DNA from: Syntrophales bacterium
GTDB lineage: Bacteria > Desulfobacterota > Syntrophia > Syntrophales > UBA6807
Assembly (NCBI GenBank): GCA_040767195.1
Contig: JAXGPA010000004.1
Location: 32,001 to 96,000, forward strand
Length of the DNA: 64,000 bases
Reading direction: 5' to 3'
Positions 38,105 through 48,866 of this stretch are shown here, one piece after another. Every line of letters starts with the position of its first letter. The first letter of the stretch is position 1. The notes below the pieces were generated by a model, which made no database searches, was not told where the DNA came from, and saw only the letters and a list, made by a program, of their open reading frames with translations. Made by a program: the position numbers and the translations under genes.

Positions 38105-39082
38105 TCAGATGAGTTTCTCCTCCACGGCGCGGGGGTCCGCCGGGACGACGGTGAGCGACTGAACGGCAGGGCCGGCCTGGCACCGCACCGCCGCGGGTTC
38201 ACCCGTCGGGGCATCGCTGTACCGGGCACAGATGGCGGCGGCCAGGCGGATGGATTCCTCGTCCGGTTTCCCCACGAGAAGCACGAGGGGGCCGGGAACA
38301 TGCTGCATCCGGAAAATCACGTCCCCCTCCCGGGAGAGGTCCTGGATAACCCGGTTTTCCCCCTGGTTCCGACCGACGATGATCTTCGCGCCGGGGCTTA
38401 ACCGGAAATGCCGTCCCACCTTGAGCAGTTCCACGTCCCTGACGGGAAAATCCCCGGTGTGATCGAAAAGGTCCCGCAGCTTCCTGGAAAAGCCGGAATC
38501 GGTGAGAAGGCATCCCCCGGCGGGGTTGGCGTAAGACGTGATTCCGTATGACTCGGCCAGGGCGATCTGTCGTTTCCGGCCTCTTCCCTGGATGTCGAGA
38601 AGGCGGGAACGGTCCACCTTTCCTTCCCGCTCCGGTTGCGTCTCGGGCAGGAGCTTCGCGCTCAGGGGCCGGAGGATGACGTCTTCATATCCCGACAACT
38701 TGGCTACGATGTGGAGGGACTGTTTCGTCTGCGACATGGGCCTCTGGCCGAGGACCTCGCCGGTGAAAAGAAAATCCCCGTTCATCTCCTCCATTTTCCG
38801 TCCCGCCTCCCGCAGCATGAGGGCGTGGCAGTCGATGCAGGGATTCATGTTTTTCCCGTAACCGTAGCGGGGCTTTTTGAGCATGGACAGGTGCGCTTCC
38901 GTGAAGTCGACGACAACGAGCGGCACGCCAAGCTCCCGGGCCGCCCCCGTGGCCCGCTCGGCGTCGAAGAAAGGGGTGACGAAACTGACCCCGGTGACCG
39001 CGATGTCCTGGTCCTGGATCAGCCGGACGGCCAGGATGCTGTCCAGACCGCCCGACAGCAGCGAAAGCGCTCTCACCTTCAA
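38105..39082 (-). CDS. PP-loop tRNA thiolation enzyme (ThiI/MnmA-like) with C-terminal NFACT-R/DUF814-like domain
   Basis: SGGLDS, NPCIDCH, TGEVLGQRPMSQ, PAGGCLLT, GRHFR..., VGRNQGEN. Confidence 0.8.
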   Translation of the reverse strand: MKVRALSLLSGGLDSILAVRLIQDQDIAVTGVSFVTPFFDAERATGAARELGVPLVVVDFTEAHLSMLKKPRYGYGKNMNPCIDCHALMLREAGRKMEEMNGDFLFTGEVLGQRPMSQTKQSLHIVAKLSGYEDVILRPLSAKLLPETQPEREGKVDRSRLLDIQGRGRKRQIALAESYGITSYANPAGGCLLTDSGFSRKLRDLFDHTGDFPVRDVELLKVGRHFRLSPGAKIIVGRNQGENRVIQDLSREGDVIFRMQHVPGPLVLLVGKPDEESIRLAAAICARYSDAPTGEPAAVRCQAGPAVQSLTVVPADPRAVEEKLI

Positions 39083-39203
39083 AGGAACACCGCCTTTTTA
39101 CCTCGTTTTTTGATCACGGCACCGGAAGCGCCTTCCGGCCCACGATCGTGCCGCCGGGAATTCGCAAAAAACCCGGACGGTACGGTCCCCCTGTCCCGGA
39201 AAT

Positions 39204-39239
39204 AAAAAAGGGCCACTGCCCCTCGTGAAGCAGTGGCCC
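39204..39239 (-). terminator. Rho-independent terminator after the acyl-CoA dehydrogenase gene
   Basis: GGGCCACTGC/GCAGTGGCCC 10-bp stem followed by T6 on the minus strand. Confidence 0.8.
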
Positions 39240-39271
39240 CTGAACGGCTTTTGAATAGACGCCTTTGTGAA

Positions 39272-40462
39272 TTACAGACCGCTCTTGAAATCGTCGCGCA
39301 TAAGCTCGCGGGCGATGATCATTCTGCGGACTTCGGAGGTACCGGCGCCGATTTCCCACAGTTTCTGATCCAGGAAGTGACGGGTCACGCCGTATTCCTG
39401 GCAGTAGCCGTAGCCACCATGGATCTGGACGGCCTCGAGGCCGATCTTCGTTCCCATCTCGCCGCAGAAGAGGAGCGATGCCGCGGCCATACGGTCGAGG
39501 TCCGTTCCCTTTCCACCGGACTTGTTCTCCAGCGTGTCGCAGTAAGCGGCGGCGCTGTAGGCCATCCACCGGGAGGCCTTGTACCAGCAGTACATGTCGG
39601 CCAGCTTGCCCTGGATGAGCTGGAAGGAGGCGATGGGTTTGCCGAACTGGACGCGCTCCTTGGCGTAACGGATGGAGTCTTCCAGGCACCGTCTCTGGGA
39701 GCCGAGGCTGCAGCCCGACAGGGTGATTCTCTCGGTGCAGAGACCGGAGGTCAGAACGGCCACGCCCTTGTTGTAGCCGCCGATGAGGTTTTCCTCGGGA
39801 AGTTCCATGTCCTCAAAGGTGATGAGGGCCGTGGGGGAGGTTCTCATACCCCACTTTTTGATTTTCTCGAAGGAGAAGCCCTTCACTTTGTCGATCTCGA
39901 AGCAGAAGGTCGAAATGCCGTGGGGGCCCTTGTCGGGCTCCGTCTTGGCGTAGACCACCATGAACTGGGCGACGGGACCGTTGGTGATGAAGATCTTGCT
40001 GCCGTTCAGGATGTAGCGGTCGCCCTTCTTCTCGGCGCGGGTCGCCATGCTCATGGCGTCGGAACCGGCGTTGGGCTCGGTGATGCCGAGGCAGCCGATC
40101 CACTCACCCGTGCAGGACTTGGGAAGGACATGCATCTTCTGTTCTTCCGTGGCGTTCCGGCGGAAGTTGTCGAAGCAAAGGGTCTGGCTCGCGCCCACCG
40201 TCATGGACAGGGCGTTGCTGACACGGGCGATGGACTCGTAGGCCAGCGTGGTTTCCACGTAGCCCAGGGCGGCCCCGCCGTACTTCTCCTCGAAAACGAT
40301 ACCGTTGATTCCGAGATTCGCGGTCTGCTTGAACAGATCCTTCGGCATCTCGTCCACTTCATACGCGTGCTCCATCTGGGGTTCCAACCAGGCATACGCC
40401 CACTTTACGACGCTGTCCTCGAGCATCCGCTGCTCTTCGGAGAATGAGAAATTCAATGACAT
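39272..40462 (-). CDS. Acyl-CoA dehydrogenase, isovaleryl-CoA dehydrogenase-like
   Basis: ITEPNAGSD, GLCTERI, ERVQFGKPI, HGGYGY, WEIGAGTSEVRR. Confidence 0.9.
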   Translation of the reverse strand: MSLNFSFSEEQRMLEDSVVKWAYAWLEPQMEHAYEVDEMPKDLFKQTANLGINGIVFEEKYGGAALGYVETTLAYESIARVSNALSMTVGASQTLCFDNFRRNATEEQKMHVLPKSCTGEWIGCLGITEPNAGSDAMSMATRAEKKGDRYILNGSKIFITNGPVAQFMVVYAKTEPDKGPHGISTFCFEIDKVKGFSFEKIKKWGMRTSPTALITFEDMELPEENLIGGYNKGVAVLTSGLCTERITLSGCSLGSQRRCLEDSIRYAKERVQFGKPIASFQLIQGKLADMYCWYKASRWMAYSAAAYCDTLENKSGGKGTDLDRMAAASLLFCGEMGTKIGLEAVQIHGGYGYCQEYGVTRHFLDQKLWEIGAGTSEVRRMIIARELMRDDFKSGL

Positions 40463-40634
40463 ACCTACTACCTCCCTTGTATTTGATATCCCAAATCGAG
40501 TATTTCCAAGAACGCTTCAACCCCGTCGGTCTGGTTCATGCCTGGAAACCCGCGATTTGCTTTCCCAAGAAAATCGACTCGGACCAAAGAGCCACAGGAT
40601 GGTTTGGTGGTGCACCCCCGGCAGTTCAGCGTGT

Positions 40635-40663
40635 CCTATACCTGAACGGATGGGGGTTGTCAA
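40635..40663 (-). promoter_or_regulatory. Probable sigma70 promoter of the IVD-like gene
   Basis: TTGACA-N17-TATAGG on the minus strand. Confidence 0.5.
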
Positions 40664-40855
40664 GATGAAATGTTCTCACCGGTGATTTTCCCGTCCCGGC
40701 CTTCCAATGCCTTGTGCCCCCGGGGAATTTCTGATATAGGATTTTGTCCGGCCGGCCTGTCCCGGTCCCCGGGAACGGGGCGGCGGGCCGATAGTCAACG
40801 CTCTGTGGGGCGCATTCCCCGAAATACTGTTTTCTAGACATTACACGGGTTCGTC

Positions 40856-41080
40856 ATGGACAGGCAGTCAGGAGACCCGGCCATCGTCCGGGAGTTTCAG
40901 AAAAGGCTCGAAAGGGCCCTGCGGGAAAAAGAGATTTCCGTCCTGATCTACTGGAAGGAGCGGCTGGACCGGCTGATCGCCCTGAAACCGGACGGGATCG
41001 CCTCCCTCCAGCTTGAATTGAAAAAGATCTCCGAGGCCATGGGGAACCGGACAGGGACCCTGAAAAAGGAAGGGCGATGA
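40856..41080 (+). CDS. Small hypothetical helical protein (74 aa)
   Basis: ATGA overlap with the HD gene; genome-like codon usage. Confidence 0.65.
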   Translation: MDRQSGDPAIVREFQKRLERALREKEISVLIYWKERLDRLIALKPDGIASLQLELKKISEAMGNRTGTLKKEGR

Positions 41081-41670
41081 AGGCCCTCGTCAATTTTCTC
41101 TTTGAAACGGAAATGCTCCGCAAGACCCCCCGGTCGGGGTTTCAGTTCCTGGGCTCGGGGTCCGAGTCGGTGGCGGAGCACGTTCTCGCCACCCTCTTCA
41201 TCGGGTATGCCCTGTGCAAGCTCGAACCCGAGGCGGATGAGGAAAAAGTCCTGAAGCTGTGCCTCTTTCACGACCTCCTGGAGGCCCGGACGGGTGACAT
41301 GAATTACGTGAACAAGAAATACGTCGCCTGCGACGAGGAACGGGCCCTGGCGGAACTGACGGCGCCCCTTCCCTTCGGGCCTGAAATCCGCTCGGTTCTG
41401 AAGGAATTCAAGGAAAAGAAGACCCGGGAATCCCGGATCGCCCACGATGCCGACCAGCTGGCCCTCATTTTCCGGCTCAAGGAATACGGCGACCTTGGAA
41501 ACACGTACAGCGGCGAGTGGATCGACTTCGCCCGGAAAAGGCTCGTCACCGCGCCCGGTCTCAAAATGGTGGAAACCATTCTCGAGACCGACTGGACCGA
41601 ATGGTGGTTCCAGGACAAAAGCGACTGGTGGGTCAACGGGGGGAACGAAACCGGAAACGGCGAAACGTGA
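41077..41670 (+). CDS. HD-domain hydrolase (YfbR/HDDC2-like)
   Basis: RSG, ESVAEH, LFHDLLEARTGD, DADQL. Confidence 0.88.
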   Translation: MKALVNFLFETEMLRKTPRSGFQFLGSGSESVAEHVLATLFIGYALCKLEPEADEEKVLKLCLFHDLLEARTGDMNYVNKKYVACDEERALAELTAPLPFGPEIRSVLKEFKEKKTRESRIAHDADQLALIFRLKEYGDLGNTYSGEWIDFARKRLVTAPGLKMVETILETDWTEWWFQDKSDWWVNGGNETGNGET

Positions 41671-41702
41671 CGGCACCCGCTTTTTGACCGGCGGAAGGGT
41701 TT

Positions 41703-42320
41703 ATGTCGACAAAAAAACAGAAAAAAGCGCAGGTACTGGAAGCCAAGAAGAAAAAAAGGCGCAGGAGGGTCTTCTTCCTGTCCCTTTTGCTCACCGTTTC
41801 CATCGGGTTTCTCATCTTCTTCTTCATCTCCCTTTTCGATTACATCTACCCGCCCGTCACCCGGGAAGGCCATGAAGCCCGCCAGAAGGAAAAGTATCAG
41901 CTCTATTTCGCCGACGGCAACGAACGGTTCCTCGTCACCGAAACCCGGTATCTTCCCAGGGGAAAGAACCCCGAAGACCTGGCCCTCGAAATCGTGCGGG
42001 CCTTGGCGGAGGGTCCGAAGCTGGGGGCCACCCGGACGCTCCCCAAGGAAGCGGGGGTCCTGGGCATACGGATCGACGGGAACGGGACGGCCGTCGTGAA
42101 TTTCGACCGGGGACTGGTGGATCATCACCCGGGAGGGAGCACCAGCGAGGTGATGACCGTCTATTCCCTGGTTTACAGCCTCACGAAGAACATTCGCGAG
42201 GTCAGGAACGTCCGGATTCTCGTGGACGGCAAGACCCGGGAAACCCTGAAGGGCCAGCTTGACCTCCGGGAAACCTTTTACCCCAGGGAGGACCTTCTCC
42301 CCGGCGGAGCCTCTTCGTAA
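41703..42320 (+). CDS. GerMN-domain membrane-anchored protein
   Basis: Basic N-terminus plus [37 protein letters not shown]. Confidence 0.85.
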   Translation: MSTKKQKKAQVLEAKKKKRRRRVFFLSLLLTVSIGFLIFFFISLFDYIYPPVTREGHEARQKEKYQLYFADGNERFLVTETRYLPRGKNPEDLALEIVRALAEGPKLGATRTLPKEAGVLGIRIDGNGTAVVNFDRGLVDHHPGGSTSEVMTVYSLVYSLTKNIREVRNVRILVDGKTRETLKGQLDLRETFYPREDLLPGGASS

Positions 42321-42328
42321 AGACACCC

Positions 42329-44368
42329 ATGGCCACAAAGACGAGACTCTCCAGAATCCGGAACATCGGGATCATCGCCCACATCGACGCCGGGAAAACA
42401 ACGGTCACCGAGAGGATCCTCTACTATACCGGAAAATCCTATAAAATCGGCGAAGTTCACGATGGCGAGGCGGTCATGGACTGGATGCCCCAGGAGCAGG
42501 AGCGGGGCATCACCATCACGTCAGCCGTGACGACCTGCGAGTGGAAAAATCACGAAATACACATCATAGACACGCCGGGCCACGTGGATTTCACCGTCGA
42601 GGTGGAACGGTCCCTCCGGGTTCTCGACGGCGCCATCGTCGTCTTCGACGCCGTGGGCGGCGTGGAACCCCAGTCGGAAACGGTCTGGCACCAGGCGGAC
42701 AAGTACCGGGTTCCCAAGATCGCCTTCATCAACAAGATGGATCGCGTGGGCGCCGAATATTTCGGCACCATCGACATGATGCGGGAGCGCTTCAACTCCA
42801 CCCCTCTCATCGTCCAGATCCCCTGTTTCCGGGACAGGGAATACATCGGGTCGGTGGATCTTATCGGAAAGAAACTCATTCTCTGGGACGACGCTTCCCT
42901 CGGAAGCGCGGTGAGCTACGGGGACATCCCGCCCGAATTCCGGGACGAGGCGGACGAGCGGCGTGAAGGCCTCATCGAGACCCTCGCCGAGTTGGACGAC
43001 GACATGGCGGACAGGTACCTGGCGGGGGAGGAGATCCCCGACGGGGATCTCGTCGCCGCCGTCCGGAAGGCCACCCTGTCCCTCAAGGGCGTACCGGTCT
43101 ACTGCGGCGCGGCCCTGAAGAACAAGGGGGTTCAACCGGTCCTGGACGGAGTCGTCGATTTTCTGCCGTCTCCCGAGGACGTTCCCCCCATCGAGGGGAT
43201 CAATCCCCTCACCGAGGAAAGGGAAAAGCGGGCGAGCAGCGAAAAGGGGCCTCTCGCCGCCCTTGTCTTCAAGGTCATGATGATGGAGGAAGGCCGGAAG
43301 GTTTCCTTTCTCAGGATCTACTCGGGAAAAATCAGGGCCGGGGGCGACGTCTACAACGTGATCCGGGGCCGGAAGGAAAAAGTCTCCCGGCTTCTCAAGA
43401 TGCACGCCAACAAGCGGGAGAGGATCGACGAGGCCGGGGCGGGACACATCGTCGGGGTCGTGGGCCTCAAGACGGCCTCGACGGGGGACACCATCTGCGA
43501 CGAAAACCACCCCATCGTCCTGGAGAGAATCGAGTTCTACGAACCCGTCATCAGCCGGGCCATCGAGGCGAAAACCCCCCAGGACCAGGAAAAGCTGAGC
43601 CAGGCACTGGAAAAACTCACCGACGAGGACCCCACCCTCATCGTCCGGTACGACGATGAAACGGCCCAGACCGTCCTGTCGGGCATGGGGGAACTGCACC
43701 TGGAAATCGTCATCGACCGGCTCACCCGGGATTTCAACACGAACGTCAACGTGGGAAAACCCCGGGTCGTTTACCGGGAGGCCATCACCCAGGAAGTGGA
43801 CGGCGAGGGAAAATTCCAGAAGGAACTGGGAGACAGGAAACATTTCGGCCACGTGCGCATTCACCTGGAGCCGAATCGAAGGGGGGAAGGCATCAAGATT
43901 CTTAACGAAATTGACCCTTCGACAATTCCGCCGGATTACCACGCCTTCATCCGGGAGGGTATCGAGGACGCCCTTTCGAGCGGTGTCGTGTCCGGGTATC
44001 CCGTGACGGACGTGGTCGTGACGATGACCGGCGGGACCCACCGGGAGGGGGAATCCACGCCGGCAGGGTACCGCATCGCCGCCGCCGCCGCCTTCCGTGA
44101 AGCCTCCCTCCAGGGCGGTCCCATCCTCATGGAACCGATCATGAACGTGGACATCCTGACGCCCAGCGAGTTCATGGGAGACGTCATCGGGGACATCAAC
44201 AGCCGGAAGGGTGAGGTGCAGAACGTCGCTCCCAAGGGAAACGTGAGCGAGATCCGCGCCCGGGTTCCTCTCAGGCAGATGTTCGGCTATTCCACGGATC
44301 TCCGATCCGCCACCCAGGGCCGCGCCACCTTCACCATGCAGTTCCTTCGATATGACCGGGCACCGTGA
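42329..44368 (+). CDS. fusA: Elongation factor G paralog (stand-alone, divergent domain IV)
   Basis: [47 protein letters not shown]. Confidence 0.92.
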   Translation: MATKTRLSRIRNIGIIAHIDAGKTTVTERILYYTGKSYKIGEVHDGEAVMDWMPQEQERGITITSAVTTCEWKNHEIHIIDTPGHVDFTVEVERSLRVLDGAIVVFDAVGGVEPQSETVWHQADKYRVPKIAFINKMDRVGAEYFGTIDMMRERFNSTPLIVQIPCFRDREYIGSVDLIGKKLILWDDASLGSAVSYGDIPPEFRDEADERREGLIETLAELDDDMADRYLAGEEIPDGDLVAAVRKATLSLKGVPVYCGAALKNKGVQPVLDGVVDFLPSPEDVPPIEGINPLTEEREKRASSEKGPLAALVFKVMMMEEGRKVSFLRIYSGKIRAGGDVYNVIRGRKEKVSRLLKMHANKRERIDEAGAGHIVGVVGLKTASTGDTICDENHPIVLERIEFYEPVISRAIEAKTPQDQEKLSQALEKLTDEDPTLIVRYDDETAQTVLSGMGELHLEIVIDRLTRDFNTNVNVGKPRVVYREAITQEVDGEGKFQKELGDRKHFGHVRIHLEPNRRGEGIKILNEIDPSTIPPDYHAFIREGIEDALSSGVVSGYPVTDVVVTMTGGTHREGESTPAGYRIAAAAAFREASLQGGPILMEPIMNVDILTPSEFMGDVIGDINSRKGEVQNVAPKGNVSEIRARVPLRQMFGYSTDLRSATQGRATFTMQFLRYDRAP

Positions 44369-44542
44369 ACCCGTGCCGGACCTTTTTGCCGGCAATCCCC
44401 TTTTTTGACCATAATCTTGTGTCGTCCCGTAAAATCCGCTATGATCCTGAAAATTCCGACCGTTGTTTTCACCCGTCAAGAGAGCGGCACCGGCGGCGTC
44501 TCGCCGGGCCGGGCGCAACGATTTGAAAAGGAGAGACTTCCC

Positions 44543-46426
44543 ATGACCGAAAAAAGCAGACCCGCCTTTCTTCCTTTTCTTCTCGGCCTTATCCTCCTGG
44601 GAATGGTCGAACCGGCGCAGGCCCTCGCAAGCGGCGGTGAAGGCGGTTCGAGCCTCCTCACCGGCATCAGCGCGAGCATCCTGGCGGCCACGGTTTTCGC
44701 CTATTTCGCCAGCATGATCCGGCAGCCCCTCATTCTCGCCTACGTCCTCGCCGGCGTGGTCATCGGGCCCCAGTTCGGGCTGGGGCTGGTTCAAAGCCAG
44801 GAAGACATCCAGACCATCTCGGAAATCGGCCTCATCCTTCTCCTTTTCATCATCGGCCTGGAACTGGACCTCAAAAAGCTGAAGGAATCGGGAAAATCCC
44901 TCGTCCTGACCGGTGTTTCCCAGTTCGTCCTGTGCCTGGCCATGGGTCTCGGGTTTTTCATGCTTCTCGGGGTCACCCTGGGGGCGGCCTCGGGGCAGGC
45001 CACATACGAAATTCTCGGCATCACGGTCAACGGAGGCCCCTACGACCTCCTCTACCTGGCCGCATGCCTCTCGCTAAGCAGCACCGCCATCGTGGTCAAG
45101 CTCCTCTACGACAAGTTCGAACTGGACACCCTGGCGGGCCGGATCACCCTCGGCGTTCTCGTTTTCCAGGACCTCTGGGCCATCATCCTCCTCGGCGTCC
45201 AGCCCAACCTGGCCGACCCCAAGGTGCTTCTCATCCTCTGGTCCTTCGCCAAGGGGGGGCTGCTCGTTCTCATCAGCCTGCTCATCAGCCGGTACGTCCT
45301 GAACATCGTCTTCCGGCAGATCGCCAAGCTCCCGGAACTCGTCCTCGTGGCCTCCCTGGGCTGGTGCTTCTTCGTCTGCGGCGTCGCCCACATCTTCAAC
45401 CTGTCCGTCGAAATGGGCGCCCTCATCGCCGGGGTTTCCATCTCCACCTTCCCCTACAACCTGGACATCATCTCCAAGATCGTCAGCATCCGGGACTTCT
45501 TTGTAACGCTTTTCTTCGTGGGCCTCGGGATGATGATCCCCAACCCCATGATGAACCCGGGAATTCTTTTCATCGCCCTCGTCGTCGCCGCCTTTCTCAT
45601 CGCCACGCGGTTCCTCTCCGTCTTTCCCGTCCTGTACGGCCTTAAAAACGGCCACCGGGTGAGCCTTCTTTCCGCCATCAACCTGTCCCAGCTCTCCGAG
45701 TTCGCCCTGGTCATCGCCGCCATCGGGATCAAGCCCGAGTACGGGCACGTGGGACCGGACACGCTGAGCATCGTCATTTTCGTCTTTGTCATCACCTCCA
45801 TCACGTCGACCTACATGATCCAGTACAGCCACGGGCTGCAGAAAGGCTTGAGCGGCCTCCTTTCCGCCGTAGGCATCGGGGACATACGGGACGCCCCCTC
45901 CGACGCGGCCGCCGAAGACTTCAAGGAAATCGCCATCCTCGGGTTCTACCGCGTCGCCAGTTCACTGGTCCGGGAAATCCTCGACCAGAGGCCGGAGCTT
46001 CAGGACAAGATCGTCGTCGTCGACTACAACCCCACCGTCCACCAGAAGCTGAAGGCCCTGGGGGTGACGGTTTACTACGGCGACATCAGCAACATGGAGA
46101 CCCTGCACCATGCCAGGATCGAGGGCGCCCGGGTCGTCGTTTCCACCATTCCCGATTCCATCCTCGTGGGGACGAGCAACCTGAAACTGATCCGGCAGAT
46201 GCAGCGGCTTTGCCCCAACGCCCGGGTGGTGGTGACGGCGGAAAACATCAAGAGCGCCCTCGAGATGTATAACGAAGGCGCCGATTACGTGATCCTCCCC
46301 CGGGTCATCACGGCCGGGCACTTTCTTCCCGTCCTCGAATCCCTCGTCAGGGGCGAGGGGAAGGAACTCAAGTCCGGCGAGATGGCGAAACTTAAAAATC
46401 GCGGCGAGGAAGTCGTCCTCATCTGA
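44543..46426 (+). CDS. CPA2 cation:proton antiporter with C-terminal RCK/KTN domain (Kef-like)
   Basis: LLFIIGLELD, LSSTAIVVK, VFQDL, SQLSEFA; C-terminal ILGFYR, YYGD, GADYVILP. Confidence 0.88.
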   Translation: MTEKSRPAFLPFLLGLILLGMVEPAQALASGGEGGSSLLTGISASILAATVFAYFASMIRQPLILAYVLAGVVIGPQFGLGLVQSQEDIQTISEIGLILLLFIIGLELDLKKLKESGKSLVLTGVSQFVLCLAMGLGFFMLLGVTLGAASGQATYEILGITVNGGPYDLLYLAACLSLSSTAIVVKLLYDKFELDTLAGRITLGVLVFQDLWAIILLGVQPNLADPKVLLILWSFAKGGLLVLISLLISRYVLNIVFRQIAKLPELVLVASLGWCFFVCGVAHIFNLSVEMGALIAGVSISTFPYNLDIISKIVSIRDFFVTLFFVGLGMMIPNPMMNPGILFIALVVAAFLIATRFLSVFPVLYGLKNGHRVSLLSAINLSQLSEFALVIAAIGIKPEYGHVGPDTLSIVIFVFVITSITSTYMIQYSHGLQKGLSGLLSAVGIGDIRDAPSDAAAEDFKEIAILGFYRVASSLVREILDQRPELQDKIVVVDYNPTVHQKLKALGVTVYYGDISNMETLHHARIEGARVVVSTIPDSILVGTSNLKLIRQMQRLCPNARVVVTAENIKSALEMYNEGADYVILPRVITAGHFLPVLESLVRGEGKELKSGEMAKLKNRGEEVVLI

Positions 46427-46467
46427 AAAGACGGAAGAGTTGCCAGGCGCGGGAAAGGAAGCGCTTC

Positions 46468-48567
46468 ATGAGCTACGACGTTTTTTATCCCACCGAGGGA
46501 ATCCTGGAAGGCTTTTTTCGAATCAGCAATTTTCTCTCCGCACCTTCCAGCGTCGACGACATTCTCCAGAACGTTCTCGACGAAATCGTGAACACCATGG
46601 GATTTCAGCGGGGCATCATCTGCCTTCTCGACGATGCAAGGGAAAACCTCATCACCAAGGTCGTCAAGAACTACAGCCCCGAGGAGGCCGACCGGGCCTT
46701 TTCCCTGAACCTCAACATCCACAAGCACGACTGCCTCGAGACCCGGGTGGTGAAAAGCGGCCGGTACATCGCCCTGGAAGACTCGGAGCGGGACCCGAGA
46801 ATCACCGAGACGGACCGCAAGATCACCCACTTCTACAAGCGGGGCTCCACCTTTTACGCGGCCCTGAAAATAGAGCAGGAAGTCATCGGCATCATCTGCC
46901 TGTGGTCGAAGGAGAAAACGAAATTTTCCGATGAGGAAATCAATGTCCTTCTGACCTTCGCCAACCAGATCAGCATCGTCATTCACAACACCCGCCTTTT
47001 CGAGGACAACCGGAAGCGGATCGAGCGGCTCCTTCTCCTGCAGGAAGCCGTGTCCTGTCTCATTGGAAACTACTCCCTCGACAATCTCCATGAAATCACC
47101 ATCCGGCACGCCCTGCTCATCGGGGAAGCGAGCCGGGCCTTCGTGTATTTCCAGGACGCGGAAAAGCAGAAGCACCTTCTGAGCGACGGAAAGACGGTTT
47201 TCCTGGAAAAAAGCGCGGACATGACGGAGAAAATCGAACGGGGCATCGTCCGGCGGGCCCTGGAAAAAGACAGCATCATCCTTGTCACCGGGGAGATGGA
47301 ACCGGCCCCCGAGTTTCTTTACGACGACGTCTCGTCGGAGCTGGCCGTCCCCTTCCGCATCACTGACAAATTCCGGGGCGTTCTTTACCTCGGAAGCCGC
47401 CACGGGACGTTTTCATCGGACCAGGTCAACTTTCTGGACATTCTCATGAAAAACGCCGCGGCCTCGTACGACAACGCCATCATGCACTCCCTCCTGTCCC
47501 GGGAAGCCAGGTCCCTGAAGAAGGAAGTGGAAATGTTGAAGGAAAGGGAGGACAAGCTCCTCGGCTTTCACGACATTCTCGGAAAATCCCCGAAAATGCA
47601 GGGTGTGTTTCACGTCATACGGGAGGTGTCGAAGCACAACACGAACATCCTTCTCCAGGGGGAGAGCGGGACGGGCAAAGAGCTCTTCGCCCGGGCGATT
47701 CACCGGCAGGGAGACCGGCGGACCCGTCACTTCGTCGATGTCAACTGTGCCGCCATCCCCGGTACCCTCCTGGAAAGCGAGCTGTTCGGCTATGAGGCAG
47801 GGGCTTTTACCGATGCCCGGAAACGCAAGATCGGCCTTCTGGAATACGCCAACGGCGGGACGCTCTTCCTGGACGAGATCGGCGACATGGGGTTTCAACT
47901 CCAGGCCAAATTTCTCCGGATGCTCGAGGACGGCTACATCCGCCGACTCGGGGGAAACGAGAACATCCCCGTCGACGTACGCTTCATTTTCGCCACCAAC
48001 CGGGACCTGAACCGCATGGTTTCCGAAGGCCTTTTCAGGGAAGATCTTTATTACCGCATCAGCGTCGTTCCCATCGTCCTGCCGCCCCTGCGGGAAAGGG
48101 AAGAGGACATCCTCCTTCTTGGCCGGCACTACATCGAGGAATTCAACGTAAAATTCAACCGTCGCGTCCAGGGGTTCACCGACGAGGCGGAAAAGCGCCT
48201 CCTTCAGTATCCCTGGCCGGGCAACGTCCGGGAGCTGAAAAACATCATCGAAAGGGTCATGATCCTGCAGAACGTGGGAACATTCATTTCCCGGGAGGAC
48301 CTTCCCCGGGAGATCAGCCGCTCTTCCGGCCCGGTCCCGCTGACGCCTCCTGATGCGTTCATTCCCGATCTGAACGGCGATCCCATCCCGTATCGTAAAT
48401 TGGTCCTTGGCATGACCAACCGGTTCAAGGAACGGATCATCAGGCAGACCATCGAGCTGACCGGCGGGAACAAAACCGAGGCCGCCCGCCGCCTGGGGAT
48501 ATCCCGGTACGCCCTGTTGCGGGAATTAAAAAAACTTGAAATAAAACAAGATATTACAGAACATTGA
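46468..48567 (+). CDS. sigma54-dependent enhancer-binding protein (GAF-GAF-AAA+-Fis HTH)
   Basis: GESGTGKE, ESELFGYEAGAFTDA, LFLDEIG, FREDLYYR, WPGNVRELKN, GNKTEAARRLGISR; two N-terminal GAF-like domains. Confidence 0.92.
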   Translation: MSYDVFYPTEGILEGFFRISNFLSAPSSVDDILQNVLDEIVNTMGFQRGIICLLDDARENLITKVVKNYSPEEADRAFSLNLNIHKHDCLETRVVKSGRYIALEDSERDPRITETDRKITHFYKRGSTFYAALKIEQEVIGIICLWSKEKTKFSDEEINVLLTFANQISIVIHNTRLFEDNRKRIERLLLLQEAVSCLIGNYSLDNLHEITIRHALLIGEASRAFVYFQDAEKQKHLLSDGKTVFLEKSADMTEKIERGIVRRALEKDSIILVTGEMEPAPEFLYDDVSSELAVPFRITDKFRGVLYLGSRHGTFSSDQVNFLDILMKNAAASYDNAIMHSLLSREARSLKKEVEMLKEREDKLLGFHDILGKSPKMQGVFHVIREVSKHNTNILLQGESGTGKELFARAIHRQGDRRTRHFVDVNCAAIPGTLLESELFGYEAGAFTDARKRKIGLLEYANGGTLFLDEIGDMGFQLQAKFLRMLEDGYIRRLGGNENIPVDVRFIFATNRDLNRMVSEGLFREDLYYRISVVPIVLPPLREREEDILLLGRHYIEEFNVKFNRRVQGFTDEAEKRLLQYPWPGNVRELKNIIERVMILQNVGTFISREDLPREISRSSGPVPLTPPDAFIPDLNGDPIPYRKLVLGMTNRFKERIIRQTIELTGGNKTEAARRLGISRYALLRELKKLEIKQDITEH

Positions 48568-48585
48568 GGGGTGCCCCCGAGGCAC

Positions 48586-48690
48586 GTTCGCATAACGCAC
48601 ATATTGTGCTTTAAACGCACTTTCAATGCCTGTCAGTATATCCGCGCCAACTTCTCCAAAGGACCCCTTCAATGTGTGCGTTTATCACCC
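48586..48690. promoter_or_regulatory. Three imperfect GTGCG-N5-CGCAC palindromes, candidate UAS
   Basis: GTTCGCATAACGCAC (48586), GTGCTTTAAACGCAC (48606), GTGCGTTTATCACCC (48676). Confidence 0.55.
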
Positions 48691-48839
48691 ACCCGGCGAT
48701 GCCGATCCGTCCCTTTTTAATCCCTTTCCGGAACCCGCCTTTAGAATTCCCTTTTTCTTCCCTAAATATTATTAGTATTATTAAGGAATTATGGACTTAA
48801 TTCATTTTACGGTTTTTTTTATTGACCTCTTGTGTCCCC

Positions 48840-48855
48840 TGGCATCAGCCTTGCA
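48840..48855 (+). promoter_or_regulatory. sigma54 (-24/-12) promoter
   Basis: TGGCATCAGCCTTGCA, close to consensus TGGCAC-N5-TTGCA; preceded by an AT-rich tract at 48765-48825. Confidence 0.8.
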
Positions 48856-48866
48856 AAACTAAAAGA

